Of a DNA stretch of 64,000 nt, positions 1-13,899 are shown piece by piece. Origin of the DNA: Selaginella moellendorffii (taxonomy: Eukaryota > Plantae > Lycopodiophyta). The translations under genes were made by a program, and so were the position numbers. The stretch is from assembly GCF_000143415.4 (NCBI RefSeq), contig NW_003314292.1, forward strand, positions 937,498-1,001,497. The letters are read 5' to 3'. The notes under the pieces are model-generated. The model had not been told where the DNA came from. It saw only the letters and a program-made list of their open reading frames with translations, and ran no database searches. Positions within the stretch are counted from its first letter, which is position 1; every line of letters begins with the position of its first letter.

Positions 1-14
1 TACCCTAACATGCC

Positions 15-1787
15 TGTAAGCGACTAAATTTTCCATTCTACTTTAGTCACTTAACCACACCTCCGACCACTTGGGAGGAGTCTCATTCACAACCTCCATC
101 AGTCCAATTCAGGACTTGGGACTTGCTAGCCCCAAGAATGGCATCCATGCCACTCAACACTTGCACCTGGTCCAAGTGCTCCACGTGTCCGGTCCCAAGA
201 CCGACACCCAAAGGTACCATTGACATCCCGGCCCGTTACGCTAAGGCCATGCCCCTTCACCTTTGCTGCACTAGTGGTCCAATACCACTTGCATCACAAT
301 CCCGTCTCTCCAAGACTGGGCCATCTGTCCACGAGTGGTCATCCTAGATCCACTCCTTAGCATCCTTAGGATGCCTACAGACCTGGGGAATTGCCTTCCC
401 CAAAGTCCCTTTGTTAGTTCCTACCAAGTCCCTTTCTGCCCCTGGCCGTGTTTGCCAACACTGCCACTGGATCGAGGCCCACAGGCCCGACCACTAAGTC
501 CCATGGTCCTCTGGGACTTCCTCACCACACGACTGTGTCCTTGGTCACTACCCTAGAGGACTGCTCCTCTTCCTTTCCACAGTCTAGGCCTTTGGGACAA
601 CATTTCGGAACACCGTGGCCTTACGCGAGCCACTTGGGTACTCTCCCCACCTTTCGCTTTTAGGTGCTCTAGCCATGGGCTTAGAGCGAGGTTCCGTTGA
701 GCCACGCCTGGTATCCAAGTAGGTAGTGCCACCCACACTTGGACTGGGAGCATCGGCCAGTCGATCTTCCGGGGGAACTAGAGCCGGCTCTTGAACACTT
801 CACCAAGCTACCCCGCTTGTCGGTCCATGTTCACTCTAGTCTTGGACTTCCCAGTGGTCAGCTCATCACCCAACACTAGGCTTGGCCTTCCTGGGCCAAA
901 CTGGCCTTTCCTGGCCAAACTGGCTCCACTGCAGTCTTCCCCCTTACTATACTTTTGGAGCTCACCAAACCCCCCAGGGTCTGGGAGACGAATGCTTTGG
1001 GCTTTCACCCTCTCAGACTCGAACTCGGACTCGGACTCGGACTCGGACTCGGACTCGGGCTCGGACTCGGACTCGGACTCGGACTTGGGCTCGGGCTCGG
1101 TCTCAGCCTTGGCCTCGGTCTCGGTCTCGGTCCCGGTCTCGGTCTCGGTCTNNNNNNNNNNNNNNNNNNNNNNNNNNNNNNNNNNNNNNNNNNNNNNNNN
1201 NNNNNNNNNNNNNNNNNNNNNNNNNNNNNNNNNNNNNNNNNNNNNNNNNNNNNNNNNNNNNNNNNNNNNNNNNNNNNNNNNNNNNNNNNNNNNNNNNNNN
1301 NNNNNNNNNNNNNNNNNNNNNNNNNNNNNNNNNNNNNNNNNNNNNNNNNNNNNNNNNNNNNNNNNNNNNNNNNNNNNNNNNNNNNNNNNNNNNNNNNNNN
1401 NNNNNNNNNNNNNNNNNNNNNNNNNNCCACTTCGGGTCCATCTCGGGCTCCATATCGGACTCCATCTCGGACTCCACTTTGGACTCCATATCGGACTCCA
1501 CTTCGGGTCCATCTCGGACTCCAACTAGGGTCCGTCTCGGACTCCATCTCGGACACTTCCACGTGTCATGTGTTGGTCCTTTTTGGGTCCCTTTTTGGAG
1601 CCTCGCTTATTTCTCGCTTTGTGCTTGTTCCTCGAGCACTTTGTTGGGAGTTCCACTCCCACTCTCGACCTTTCAAGTCGGAGCTTTTAGTCCAAACGTG
1701 TTACGCTCGTTTGGCTTTCACTTCGGCCACTACCACGTGGCACCATTTCCAACTCCACTTTGGGGCCTAGGGATTTTGTGTCTCACA
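15..1787. mobile_element. LTR of family A (about 1.8 kb, with internal GACTCG / GACTCCATCTCG repeats), spanning an N gap
   Basis: Starts TGTAAG and ends TCTCACA, and is closely similar to 23866-25655 and to the reverse complement of 9590-10889. The flanks (ATGCC/GTCGA) do not form a TSD, so the two sides of the gap may be different copies. Confidence 0.8.
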
Positions 1788-2930
1788 GTCGATACCTATT
1801 CTGAGCTTTGCCCATTGCCTCAGTAGCTCTAGACCAACCTTGGCGTAGCTGCTCCGCATAAGTTTTAACGGCTGGGACCAACACTTCAGTCATTGGTTTT
1901 GGTACAACGATCTGTTGAGGCACCCCACGAGCATTTCCTTGCAGCATCTCCCATGGAGAACAGCCTATAGCGCTGTGAAATGTGTTGTTATAACATATTT
2001 CTACTGTATCCAAATGCTCAACCCAGTCGCGTTGGTCCCTCGCGACATAGTACCGCAGATAATCTTCAACTTGAGCATTCACGCGTTCGGCCTGCCCATG
2101 AGTCTGAGGATGATAAGCCGTACTAAACTTCAACTTGGTACCGAACAACTGGAACAGTGTGCCCCAAAACTTCCCCATAAACCTCGAATCCCTATCCGAG
2201 ATCATCTCTTCAGGAAGACCACGAACCCGCACTACTTCATGGAAAAAGAGCTTTGCTGCTTGTTTCGCATTCACTGTTCCCACAGTTGGAATGAAGTGTG
2301 CAATCTTCGACAACCAATCCACAACCACCATCAAAGTATCATAACCCTTAGATTTTGGCAAGCACGTGACGAAATCAAGTGTCACACTCTGAAATGGCCA
2401 TGCCGGTGCTGGAATGCACTGCAACTTTCCAGCCTGCTTCTCAGTTCTACGCTTACATTGCTGGCATATAGGGCAGGAACGGACATAATCTGCTACATCA
2501 CCTTCCATACCAGACCAGAAAAATCCCTTTTTCAACGAAGCAAGAGTCGAGCAATGCCGCAGCATCTGGCTCTTCCTCTTCCGACTCGGCCTCAGCCTCT
2601 TTCGCAGCATCTCTAGCAAGAGTTTCCTCCTCTCGATTTGCCCGTCTAGAGGTTTCAGCATCATCAGCACGGTTCCTCTTCACCATCCTGCTAGCTGCAT
2701 GCACGCCTCTATCAGTAACTGAACATGCATACAACGTTCTTACCGAATGGTACTATCCAACTAATCCTACACAGGTCGCTTCGGATCTACTAGAAAAGTC
2801 TCTGCGTATGCAACTTGAGTCAGAAAATCCGACAAAAGTTGGATAGAAATCGCTAAGACAATTTCTCTGATACCAAATGGCACGGGTTCGATTCCCATTG
2901 ATTAGTGGCTACTTAAAAGTATAATATACC
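1788..2930 (-). mobile_element. Deleted Ty3/gypsy fragment: LTR end, PBS, gag start fused directly to the integrase core
   Basis: tRNA-Met PBS (reverse complement of TGGTATCAGAG) at 2865-2875. ORF 1783-2670 holds integrase CxxC and DDE motifs nearly identical to 5500-6068 on +. Confidence 0.75.
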
Positions 2931-3034
2931 CTTGAGCAAGGAGACCACCAACAGCTTCTTCTGGTCCTAGGCCCTCTATTCCTCCTCCTAGTGGGTACAA
3001 GCAGTAGCAACCTGCAAAACCTGCTCCTAGCGGA

Positions 3035-6000
3035 ATGGGTAGTGTGGGTCATTGCTTCCATTGTGGAGAATCGGGACATAGGTCCTCGGAATGTCCCAAC
3101 AAGCATAAGACAAGGTCTCGGGTTAATGTCATGAGGGAAGAGGGTGGTGGTGAAGTTGAAGGGGTTGACGAGTTAGTCAATGCAGACTATGAGGAAGAAG
3201 AGGTGAGTAACTTTCGTTGCTTTCCTCAAGCTTTTCTTGCAGTCAATGCAAACACTGATCCGTTGATATATCTGGTAGGCTTTGTCCGTGGACACCAAAT
3301 CCGAGTGATGATTGACACGGGAGCTACGCACAGCGTGATATCCGAAGACTTAGTTAAGTTGTTAGGATTGAATGCTGAGCAAATGTCGCTTATGCACTTC
3401 CGGTTTGCGGAAGGTGGGCAAGTAGCCAGAAAGTTTGTGAGTGATGTTCCAATAAAGATATCCAAGTGGAAAGAAAGAGTGGACTTGGTAGTGTTGAAGA
3501 TACCAGATTTTCAGATGGTGTTTGGTATGGACTTCTTCAACAAGTATATAAAAGGGATTTATGGTGCTGGACAAAGTCGTATCACGTTGAAGTCAGAAGG
3601 ACATCCTGATGTATCCTTTCAGTTGCAAAAGCGTTCCTCAAAAGATTGGGATGCAAAGTTCCTGACTGCGAAGGCCGCTCAAAAAGCAGCTAAGAGGGGA
3701 TGTCAAACCTTTTGGGTTCAAGTGATGGAAGCTGAGGGTATTGGTGACTCAATTCGAATCGGTGACGGGGTTGATCCTGTACCAAAGAAGATATTGGAGT
3801 TGTTGGCGAGGAATCAGGATATCTTCCCAAAGGATTTGCCACCAGGGCTACCTCCTAGCCGTGAGGTTGACCATTGGATTGAGGTTATTCCGGGTTCTAA
3901 ACCACCTACGAAAGCTCCATATCGGTTGAACATGAAGGAGATGGCTGAACTTAAGAAGCAACTCACGGAGCTTCTTGACAAAGGTCATATCCGACCAAGC
4001 AAGTCACCTTATGGAGCATCGGTCCTCTTCGTCATGAAAAAGGACGGAACCATGAGGATGTGTATTGACTATCGGGCACTCAATAAGATCATGGTTAAAA
4101 ACAGTTATCCTTTGCCTCGCATTGATGACTTGTTTGACCAACTCTTAAAGGCTAAGTATTTTACGCGACTTGATTTGCAGTTCGGGTATCATCAGATACG
4201 GGTGGCGGATCAGGATGTGGAGAAGACAGCCTTTAAGACTCGGTACGGATCTTATGAGTTCCTTGTCATGCCGTTTGGGTTATGCAATGCTCCAGCAACG
4301 TTCAGCACTATGATGGATAGAATATTCGGAGATTATTTGGACACATTTGTTGTCCTATATATCAACGATGTTCTTGTCTTTAGTGAGATGTTGGAGGATC
4401 ATTTGAAACACTTGGAGCTAGTGTTTCAGAAGTTGCGCAAACACAAATTGTATGCTAAGGAAAGTAAATGCGCTTTTGGACAATTGCGCGTAAACTTTCT
4501 CGGTCATATAGTTGGTGGTGGCATGATTGAGGTCGATCCAAAGAAGGTGGAAGCGGTGAAGTCCTGGGAAGTCCCGACCACTGTATCAGATATTCGTTCC
4601 TTTCTCGGTTTGGCGGGATACTATCACAAGTTTGTCCACAATTTTGCAAGGATTGCTCTTCCGTTGACTGAGTTGACGAAGAGTAGTATTCCGTTTCATT
4701 GGACACCAGCTTGCCAGCGTGCTTTCGCACGGTTGAAGGAGATCTTGACTACGGTTCTTGTTCTCAGGATCCCAGATCTTGATAAACCTTTCGAAGTGCA
4801 TTGTGATGCATCTGGCTATGCTATCGGTGCCGTGTTGCAGCAAGATTGTGACAAAGCGGTTGGTGTTACGCTAAGGCGACATGGTTGTCCCATTGCGTTC
4901 TATTCCAAGAAATTGGATGAGACCCAACAAAGATGGCCAACGCATGAGAAAGAGATGTTTGCTATAGTGTCGGCTTTGGAACACTGGAGACACTACTTGG
5001 GTGGACACACCAAGGTTTATACAGATAGTAACACACTGAGTTACTTTGCTACGCAGCCTAAGCTTACGCCGAAGCAGGCTCGTTGGCAAGAGAAGCTTGC
5101 TAGATATGATATCGAAATCATATATAAACCTGGTAAAGACAATATTGTTCCGGATGCATTGAGTCGACAGGCTCAATTCCGAGCAATATCAGCCATCAGT
5201 TTGGACTGGTTAGAGGACGTTCGGGCTTCATATGGAAGTGATCCATTGGCGAAGGCAATCTTATGCCGCACGAGGTTGTTGAAGCAGAACCCTAGTAGCG
5301 AAGCAGCGAAAGTTGCTAGTCGCACTAAAGCGAAAGTTGCTAGTCGCACTTATGTGAAGCTTCACTTCTCAGTTCGGGATAGGCTTATATTCTATAAGCA
5401 AGAAAGATTGTATCTTCCCTCTAAGGATCTGCAGCAGTTATTTCTACGGGAACATCATGATGTTCCAGCAGCGGGACATGGTGGACAGCAAAAGACTCTT
5501 GCTTCATTGAAAAAGGGATTTTTCTGGTCTGGTATGGAAGGTGATGTAGCGGATTATGTCTGTTCCTGCCTTATATGCCAGCAATGTAAGCGTAGAACTG
5601 AGAAGCAGGCTGGAAATTTGCAGTGCATTCCAGCACCGGCATGGCCATTTCAGAGTGTGACACTTGATTTCGTCACTTGCTTGCCAAAATCTAAGGGTTA
5701 TGATACTTTGATGGTGGTTGTGGATCGGTTGTCGAAGATTGCACACTTCATTCCAACTGTGGGAACAGTGAATGCGAAACAAGCAGCAAAGCTCTTTTTC
5801 CATGAAGTAGTGCGGGTTCGTGGTCTTCCTGAAGAGATGATCTCGGATAGGGATTCGAGGTTTACGGGGAAGTTTTGGGGCACACTGTTCCAGTTGTTCG
5901 GTACCAAGTTGAAGTTTAGTACGGCTTATCATCCTCAGACTGATGGGCAGACCGAACGCGTGAATGCTCAAGTTGAGGATTATCTGTGGTACTATGTCGC

Positions 6001-6068
6001 GAGGGACCAACGCGACTGGGTTGAGCATTTAGACACAATAAAAATCTGTTATAATAACACATTTCACA
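3035..6068 (+). mobile_element. Ty3/gypsy gag-pol (zinc knuckle, protease, RT, RNase H, integrase), truncated by an N gap
   Basis: [14 protein letters not shown] knuckle, DTGATH protease, RT motifs with YIDD mutated to YIND, CDASG RNase H and an HH-CC/DDE integrase in PR-RT-RH-INT order. Confidence 0.93.
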
Positions 6069-6168
6069 NNNNNNNNNNNNNNNNNNNNNNNNNNNNNNNN
6101 NNNNNNNNNNNNNNNNNNNNNNNNNNNNNNNNNNNNNNNNNNNNNNNNNNNNNNNNNNNNNNNNNNNN

Positions 6169-6410
6169 ATCTCGGACCTGACCTCAGACTCAATCTCGGA
6201 CTCAATCTCGGACTCGACCTCGGACTCGACCTCAGACTCGACCTCAAACTCAATCTTGGACCTGATCTTGGATCTCGGACTCTGTCTCGAACTCGGTCTC
6301 GAACTCAATCTTGAACTCAGTCTCAAAGTCAACTTCAAACTCGATCCCAAACTTTGTCTTGAACTCGGTCTCAGAGTTAGTCTTGGACTCGATCTTAGAC
6401 TTGGTCCAAT
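6169..6410. repeat. Degenerate hexamer repeat (GACTCG/GAACTC), probably LTR-internal
   Basis: Tandem degenerate hexamers resembling those in LTR family A, directly after the N gap. Confidence 0.6.
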
Positions 6411-6511
6411 CCAATGAACTCTTTATCATTTCGATCGTGCTTTTGGGGATCCTTTAGCCTACAACACCTTAGGGAGTTAGTTCCTTACAACTTCTATGGG
6501 TGGTGGACATT

Positions 6512-6859
6512 TGGTATCAGAGGAATCAGAGGGGTTTCGGGTCCGACTCTATTGGTTGGCTAAAGGAATCACACCACATATTGATTAACATCTGGCAGGT
6601 CTAGTTTATTTCGGCTGGGCTCGACCCAAGGGGTAGGGTGTCAAGAGAGCGGGGCTCTTAGGAGAGCTGCAGCTCTCAGCTTCCATCCACGAGGGCGTGA
6701 ACTTAAAGGAAAGTGTGGTAGATTGTAAGTAACCAAAAAGAACGACTTGAAAGATGACCCATAGGGGTTCAAATATAAAGGGAAAAGGCCCATGAACAAG
6801 AATGCACCCCCTTTTCCAATCAATTAAGGGTCTTAGGATATTTGGGGTTAAGCGTCCTT
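6512..6859 (+). mobile_element. Cassandra-like TRIM fragment (PBS, short internal region, PPT, partial 3' LTR), interrupted by a gypsy LTR
   Basis: TGGTATCAGAG at 6512, a purine tract, then an LTR start TGTAAG at 6724 that matches 45368-45586 and includes 5S-like GTTAAGCGTCCTT. Confidence 0.65.
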
Positions 6860-9800
6860 TGTCAAGACCCCCAACAAGATTAAGACTAGAAAATGCAAAA
6901 GACAAAGAGAAAAGCTAATGGAAACAAAGAAGAGGCCTTAAGCTGGTGTTGATTCAGATTGTGGAGAAATGGAACAAGGCTAACTTATATATATTATAGG
7001 TTGATGAAGCTCCACCACTCTTGGATCGAGGACAGCCTAAATATAGATGAGGTCGAAGAGGCGCCACGTATCATCAAGAATGTGATTTGAGACTCAAGAA
7101 TCGTATGGGAAATCAGAGAGTCAGGAATAGGGAAGTGTCTCGAGAGTTAGGAATATGGTCTACGGGTCAAGAATTTGGCAAGAGTCAGGAATGTGGCAAG
7201 AATTGGAGGATTTTTGACAGCACCTCCTCCTCAAGAACAAGTGAAACGAGGACGTGAATAGGAACGAAGAGGAGGATGAGATGGGCGGCGAGGGACGGGA
7301 GAGGGAGAATGAAAAGAATGAAGACTGGGACAAGAAGGATAGCAGCAATGGAAGTCCTGAATAAAGTCAAGAGAATGAATTAGGTTGTCTGCAAATTCCC
7401 AAGTGCATTCCTCAGGTCCATAACCCTTTCAGTCTACTAGATAGTAGAGTTTAGACAGTGAGATCTTGGAATCAAGGATGTCCTAAACCTCGTACTCAGA
7501 CCCATCCTTGAGCTGCACTGGTGGAGGCGGAGGAATGACCCGATTGAAATAGGACTGGGAATATAAGGCTCAAGGAGAGAGGAGTGAAAAACAGGGTGAA
7601 TTTGATATGAAGAGGGAAGTGCAAGGCGATAAGTAATAGGATTAATGATGACAGTGATAGGGAAAGGATCGAGGTGTTTGAAATCAAGTTTGGGACATGG
7701 CCTGGTGGTGGAGATATTTCGCTTGAGGAGCTAGACTTTATCCTCGATATTGTAAGTGGGACAATCCTAACGATGGACAATGGCGAATGTTTTGTGAGAT
7801 TCCTGAGCACGATGGAGGTGGAAGGAGATGGAGTTGTGGATTTTCTGGAGGTTGGAGACAAATGCCTCAGAGCGGGGATTTGAATGAGAGGATTCGGATG
7901 GAGAAAGAAGTGATAGATTGAATTGAGGATTTCGGCTAGAGTTTGCAAAGAAGGGGAAAACTTGAAAGGAAGAGTGAATAGAGTTGTTATAGGAGAACTC
8001 AACAAGGGGAAGGATATCGAACCAGTCATCTTGATGATAGTTGATGAAGCACCTTAGGAATTTTTCCAACGTTTGAATCGTTCACTCGAACTATCCATTA
8101 GTTTGAGGATGATATGCTAAAGAGAGGTTAGCCTTCACTCCAAGCAACTACAAGAACCATTGCCAGAAATGAGAGATGAACTAAGGTCCCCGATTCGAAA
8201 CCACATCTGTAGGAATCCCATGAAGTAGGAAAATTTCCCTGAATACCAATTTTGCCATGTCCTCGCCCAAAAACTCCTTGGTACACGGTAGATAGTGCGC
8301 CATCTTTGTGAAGCGATTCACCACAACTAAAATGCTATTGAAGCCTCAAGAACTCGGAAGATCACTCAAGAAATCCTGGAGATGGATTCCCAAGGACTTG
8401 AAGGGACTGAGAGGGAATGAAGCAAACCTGAAGGAAGGTGGTGAGGTACCTTATTCCGGGCGCAAGTGTCACAGGAGGTAAGAAAAGCTTTGATGTAGTC
8501 GTCCATGTGGGGCCACCAAAAGTCCCATGTAACCAGCTCATAGGTTTTCGCAATGCCGAAGTGACCAGCAGTCGGGCTATCGTGACAAGCCATCAGGACC
8601 AACCTTCGAGCATCACCTTCAGGAACATAAAGCTGCTCCCCATGGTACAACAAGCCATCTAAAACCTTGAACTCATCAAATCACTAGTAGTCAGGAGTCA
8701 CTGGGTGTCCAGCCTAAAGATGGGGGAAAATGTCACTGGCGAGGTTGTCAGATTGAAGATTGTTTCTGATCACATCCATCAAGGAGGAGTCCTAAGGGGC
8801 CAGGGAAATTGCCATAACGTGAAGCCGATCAGGATCGAGGATAACCTGATCCTGTTGATCGAAGGCAAGATTACCAGGCCTAAGACTGAGATAGGAGTGC
8901 CTTGAAAGAGTATCAAGAAGGCTCTGAAGCTTTCCAGGTCTATACTTGATAACAAAGTTAAACTGACTCAGGAATTGTGCCAACCTTACCTGACGATAGC
9001 TCAAAACTTGGAAAGTGGCAAAGTACTTGAGATTTTTGTGATCCGTCCAGACCATTGTTTGATGGCTTGCCCCCTCTAAGAAATGACGCCACTCTCCAAA
9101 GGAATCCACGATGGTAAGGAGCTCCTTGTCATGGATTTCATAATTGATCTCCGCAGGCTGGAATTTTCGAGAATGGAAAGCGACCGGATGAAATTCTTGA
9201 TCCACTCCGAGTTGAAACAGCACAGCACCAATGGCAAAGTCGAAGGTGTCCACCTTGATGAAGAAAGGTTGTGAGGGATCAATGTGGATCAAAACTGGAG
9301 CAAAACTGAAGGCTGCCTTGAGTGTGTCGAAGGCCTGTTGAGCAGCAGCAGACCAAGAGAAGGGAACATCCTTGCGAGTGAGATGCGTGACAGGAAGGAC
9401 AATGTTAGAGTAGTAAGCAATGAATTTGTGGTAGAAGTTGGTGAAGCCAAGGAAAACCTGAATGTCCGATATTGATTGTGGAGGCTCCCATTCGAGAATA
9501 GTCTTGACTTTGGTAGGATCCATTGTGATACCCTCAGGAGTGACAATGTACCCAAGGAACTCCACAGACTCCTAATCGAAGGAATATTTTGTGAGACAAA
9601 AAATCCCTAGGCCCCAAAGTAGAGCCGGAAAGGGTGCCACATGGTAGTGGCTGAAGCGAAAGCCAAAAGAGTGTATCACATTTGGACTAAAAGCTCTGAC
9701 TTGGAAGGTTGAGAGCGGGAGTGGAACTCCCAACAAAGTGCTCAAGGAATGAGCATGAAGCAAGCAATAAGCAAGGCTCCAAAAAGGGACCCAAAAAGGA

Positions 9801-12800
9801 CCAACACATGACACGTGGAAGTGTCCGAGATGGAGTCCGAGGCAGACCCGAGTTGGAGTCCGAGATGGACCCGAAGTGGAGTCTGATATGGAGTCCGATA
9901 TGGAGTCCGAAATGGAGTCCGAGATGGAGTTTGAGATGGACCCGAAGTAGGGAGAGTGTGGGGGTTGGAGCCCAGTGGAGCCAATTTGGCCAGGAAAGGC
10001 CAGTTTGGCTCAGGAAGGCCAGACCTAGTGTTGGGTGATGAGCTAACCACTGGGAAATCCAAGACTAGAGTGAACACGGACCGACAAGCGGGGTAGCTTG
10101 GCGAAGTGTTCAAGAGCTGGCTCTAGTTCCCCCGGGAGATCGACTGGCCGATGCTCCCAGTCCAAGTGTGGGTGGCACTACCTACTTGGATACCAGGCGT
10201 GGCTCGACGGAACCTCGCTCTAAGCCCATGGCTAGAGCACCCAAGGGTGGAAGGCAGGGAGAGTACCCAGGTCACTCGCGTAAGGCCATGGTGTTCCGAA
10301 ATGTTGTCCCCAAAGGCCCAGACTGTGGAAAGGAAGAGGAGCAGTCCTCTAGGGTTGTGACCAAGGACACAGTCGTATGGTGAGGAAGTCCCAGAGGACC
10401 GTGGGACTTAGTGGTCGGGCCTGTGGGCCTCGATCCAGTGGCAGTGTTGGCAAACACGGCCAGGGGCAGAAAGGGACTTAGTGGGGACTAACAGAGGGAT
10501 ATTGGGGAAGGCTATTCCCCTTGTCGGTGGGCATCCTAAGGATGCTAAGGAGTGGATCTGAGATGACCACTCACGGATGGTTTGCCTAGTCTTGGAGAGC
10601 CAAGACTGGGATGCATGTGGTATTAGACTACCAGTCTGGCAAAGGTGATTGGGCATGGCCTTAGCATGACAAGCTGCCATTTCAGTGGTACCTTTGAGTG
10701 TCGGTCATGGGATCGGACACGTGGAGAACTTGGACCAAGTGCAAATGTTGAGTGGCATGGATGCCATTCTCGGGGCTAGCAAGCCCCAAGTCCTGAATTG
10801 GACTTATGGAGGTTGTGAATGAGACTCCTCATTCACAACGGAGGTGTGGTTAAGTGACTAAAGTATAATGGAAAATTAAGTCGCTTACACATTTCTCAAG
10901 CTTCACGTATAGGTCATGTTCCCGCAACTTCACTAGCACCTTGCGCACATGCTCATCATGCTCCTCCTGAGTTTTTAAGTAGATGAGGATGTCGTCGAGG
11001 TAGACAATCACCATCTAATCAAGAAACTCCCAAAACACATCATTTGCCATGTGTTGGAAAATTGCTGGAGCATTTGTCAAGCCAAACGGCATGACAATGT
11101 ACTCGAAGTGGCCATAGCGGGTTCAGAATGCAGTTTTCCATTCATCGCCAAACCGGATCTAGATCAGGTTGTATGCTCCACGGAGGTTGATCTTGGTGAA
11201 GAAGTGGGCACCGCCAAGGCGTTCCAATAGGTCCGAGATCAGGGGCAGCGGATAATGGTTCCAAAAAGTCACTTTGTTCAAACCTCGATAGTCGATGACT
11301 AACCACAAACTCCCATCCTTCTTCTTGACAAAGAAGACAAGCGTTCCAGCCGAGGACTGCGAATGTTGAATGTACCCCGAGGCAAAGTTCTCGTTCACGT
11401 GCTCTTTAAGGACCTTAAGCTTGGACAGGGATAACCCGTAGATAGGTCCCCCACGGAGGTGACGCTCCTTCTTGTAAATCAATAGGACAGTCGTAAGGCT
11501 GATGAATAGGCAGTACACTAGCTTTTTTCTTGTCAAACACATCCCTAAAATCATGATACTTCTTAGGAAGTCTGACAGGAGAAACATGTAAAGCAAAAAG
11601 GAAAACAAATTCTTCGTGAAGGAGTTCTTTCATAGTGATTGTGGAGATAGGTGGAGGCGTACGACTAAATGAAATGATGAGACAAGGATACTGTTGAGTG
11701 TAAGATGGAAGAGAGGGGAAAGAAGAGGGTGAAATTTTTGTAGAGTCAAGAACAAAACCCCGATTTGAGTTTAGGGAACTTTTCCCGATTCGGACTCGAT
11801 GAATAGCAAGGGAAGACATGGGAGATGGTGACGTGGGAGAGATAAGCTGTAATTCCTTCCAACAGATCTAGGGCTGGTGTAGTTGGAACCAAGGAAGGCC
11901 GAGCACCACAGAGGAGGACTTGCTGTTGATGATGTTGAAGGCAATATCAATGACGATGGACCCGATGTGTACTCGAACGGGCAACGTTTCCCTAAGTCTA
12001 GAAAATGGAGACACAAAATGCCCACCAATGCCTTCAACCCTCAGATCCCGTATAGTAGGAGAAAGAGGAACGTGATGTCGGGTAGCAAAGTCTGTGTCCA
12101 TGAAGCAAGAAGTTGCACCTGAGTCCAGTAGCGCCAGAGCCTTGAGTCCTGATTGTCTAGTGAAAGAAAGGAGACATGGGATGTGGAAGTTGTGGGAATT
12201 GGTGGTGGCTTTGATGAAAGGTGGTGAGGAGCTTGATAAAGAAGAAAAGTGATTTTTATTCAGGGAGTCCAAACAAATAGCTCCTACTCTGTTTGGATAG
12301 GGTCATTTCCCAATTACAACAAAGGTGAACCTTGAGGTAGAGTGAACTCGAGCAGTCGGGGAGGCTTCTGGGGACACATAGCTACTTTGTGATTAGGATC
12401 AGCACAGTAGAGGGAAAAATTATGAGATACTCAACGTTGCTTCTCAGCAGGACTCAACTTCCCTCTAATGAGTCGGGGAGTACCAGAGATATCCATTAGG
12501 ACCGGAGTAGTAGGTTCAGGAGTATGCCCCGAAGACTCAAGCTGGGATTCCTGAGTCTAGGACGGGAAAACGGCGGTGCGGCGACTTTCCTAACGACATT
12601 CAAAGAGATGATTGTCGCATCGAACAACTTTGTTGATGGCATCCGACAGGTCTGTGGGATCCTCCATGGTGAGCAACAAATCCTTGACTCCATTGTTGAG
12701 GCCGAAATGAAATTGATCAATCAGGGCCCGCTCATCCCACTGAGTGTCCAAGGCAAGGAGTTAGAACTCTGCAGCATAGATTGAGGCAGGACGAGACCCT

Positions 12801-12870
12801 TGAAAGAGACGTCTCATCTTTGTGGTGGTAGCCCAAACCCAATCCGTCTCGCCAAAACATGCTTCGAGCT
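6860..12870 (-). mobile_element. Degenerate chromovirus-type Ty3/gypsy element, 5'-truncated; 3' LTR at 6860-7219
   Basis: TG..CA LTR with an adjacent PPT (7220-7235). Chromodomain relic EYEV*DILDS..LYYLVD*KGYGPEECTWE at about 7380-7500. Integrase, RNase H, RT ([10 protein letters not shown]) and protease (LLDSGATSCF) fragments carry many stops. Confidence 0.9.
9590..10889. mobile_element. Solo LTR of family A (inverted relative to the other copies, microsatellite block partly deleted), inserted in RT
   Basis: TGTGAGA...CTTACA ends with a near-perfect 5-bp TSD TATTT/CATTT. Confidence 0.85.
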
Positions 12871-13899
12871 TACTTAACCATTAGCAAAAATTGTATCTCT
12901 TTACAAAAATTCTAACTTAGTTATAAAATAAAACAAATGCTTAATGACAATATTTCATGTTGAAATCCGTTTCAATCACCCCTCCATTTGATAATGGCCT
13001 CCAGATCAGATAATATTGGTTAAAAGAGTCAAACTTTCATGCTTTGCTTGAAAGAACCCTAATTGTAGACCATGATGAAGGGCGGCCTGCCATTAAACAC
13101 CATCCTCATTCACTCTCTCTCCACTTACCTGGCGGTGATATGGCATTAGGCCTTCTTTTTGTTTTTTTCTCCAACGCACTCCTTCTCCCATTGGTCGCTG
13201 CTATGCACTCCCACCCGCAGCTATTGCATGCCTGCAGCTCCCACCCGCCTCCTCACCCTCACAGCTCCTGCCCCCGCATGTCCGCCCGCACCCAGTGTGC
13301 GCCCTAATTACTTCCACATGGCCACAGCCCCAACACTTAGCCAAATTTCAATTAGCACACCATAATTGACCTAAAAACGTTTCTGTTTCTTTTATGATCA
13401 AGCATGGCGGCAGCACATCAATTTCCAAAGGTAAGCAATCAATTCAACTTCATATTGATTCAAGAAAATCATTTAGGATCCCCATGGCTTGATGAGGTGC
13501 AAGAATTCTATGAAAAGGATTGTTTTTGTGCAGATGATTTAGATTGGAATTTGTCTAAATTAAATGAAACTATACACAACCCCCAACACTTGGCCAAATT
13601 TGAATTAGCACGCACGTAGACACCTTTTTGCATGCTTTATGTGGCCAATGAGTGTCATAGATGACCATTAGGAGTGGTGATCCTATGAAATCTTCTAACT
13701 AATTTAAATATATGCAATGTAAGTACATAAAGAGTTTGTTTTTTTATTTATTCTTTATTAAGATTGATTTTTTCATTTAAAGAACTTTTCTTTCTTATCT
13801 TCCTCTACCTAGTAAAAGGAATTGCTTCTGGACTACTAAAAGATTTTTTTTTATCTATAATTTTTTCCACTAAAGGTTTTGCCCGCTTCAAGAATGTAC

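Noticed and set aside
791-1826. Several long overlapping ORFs (poly-SD, RT, LG), also at 24588-25466
   Set aside because: They are artefacts of stop-free hexamer repeats in LTR family A and of the N gap.
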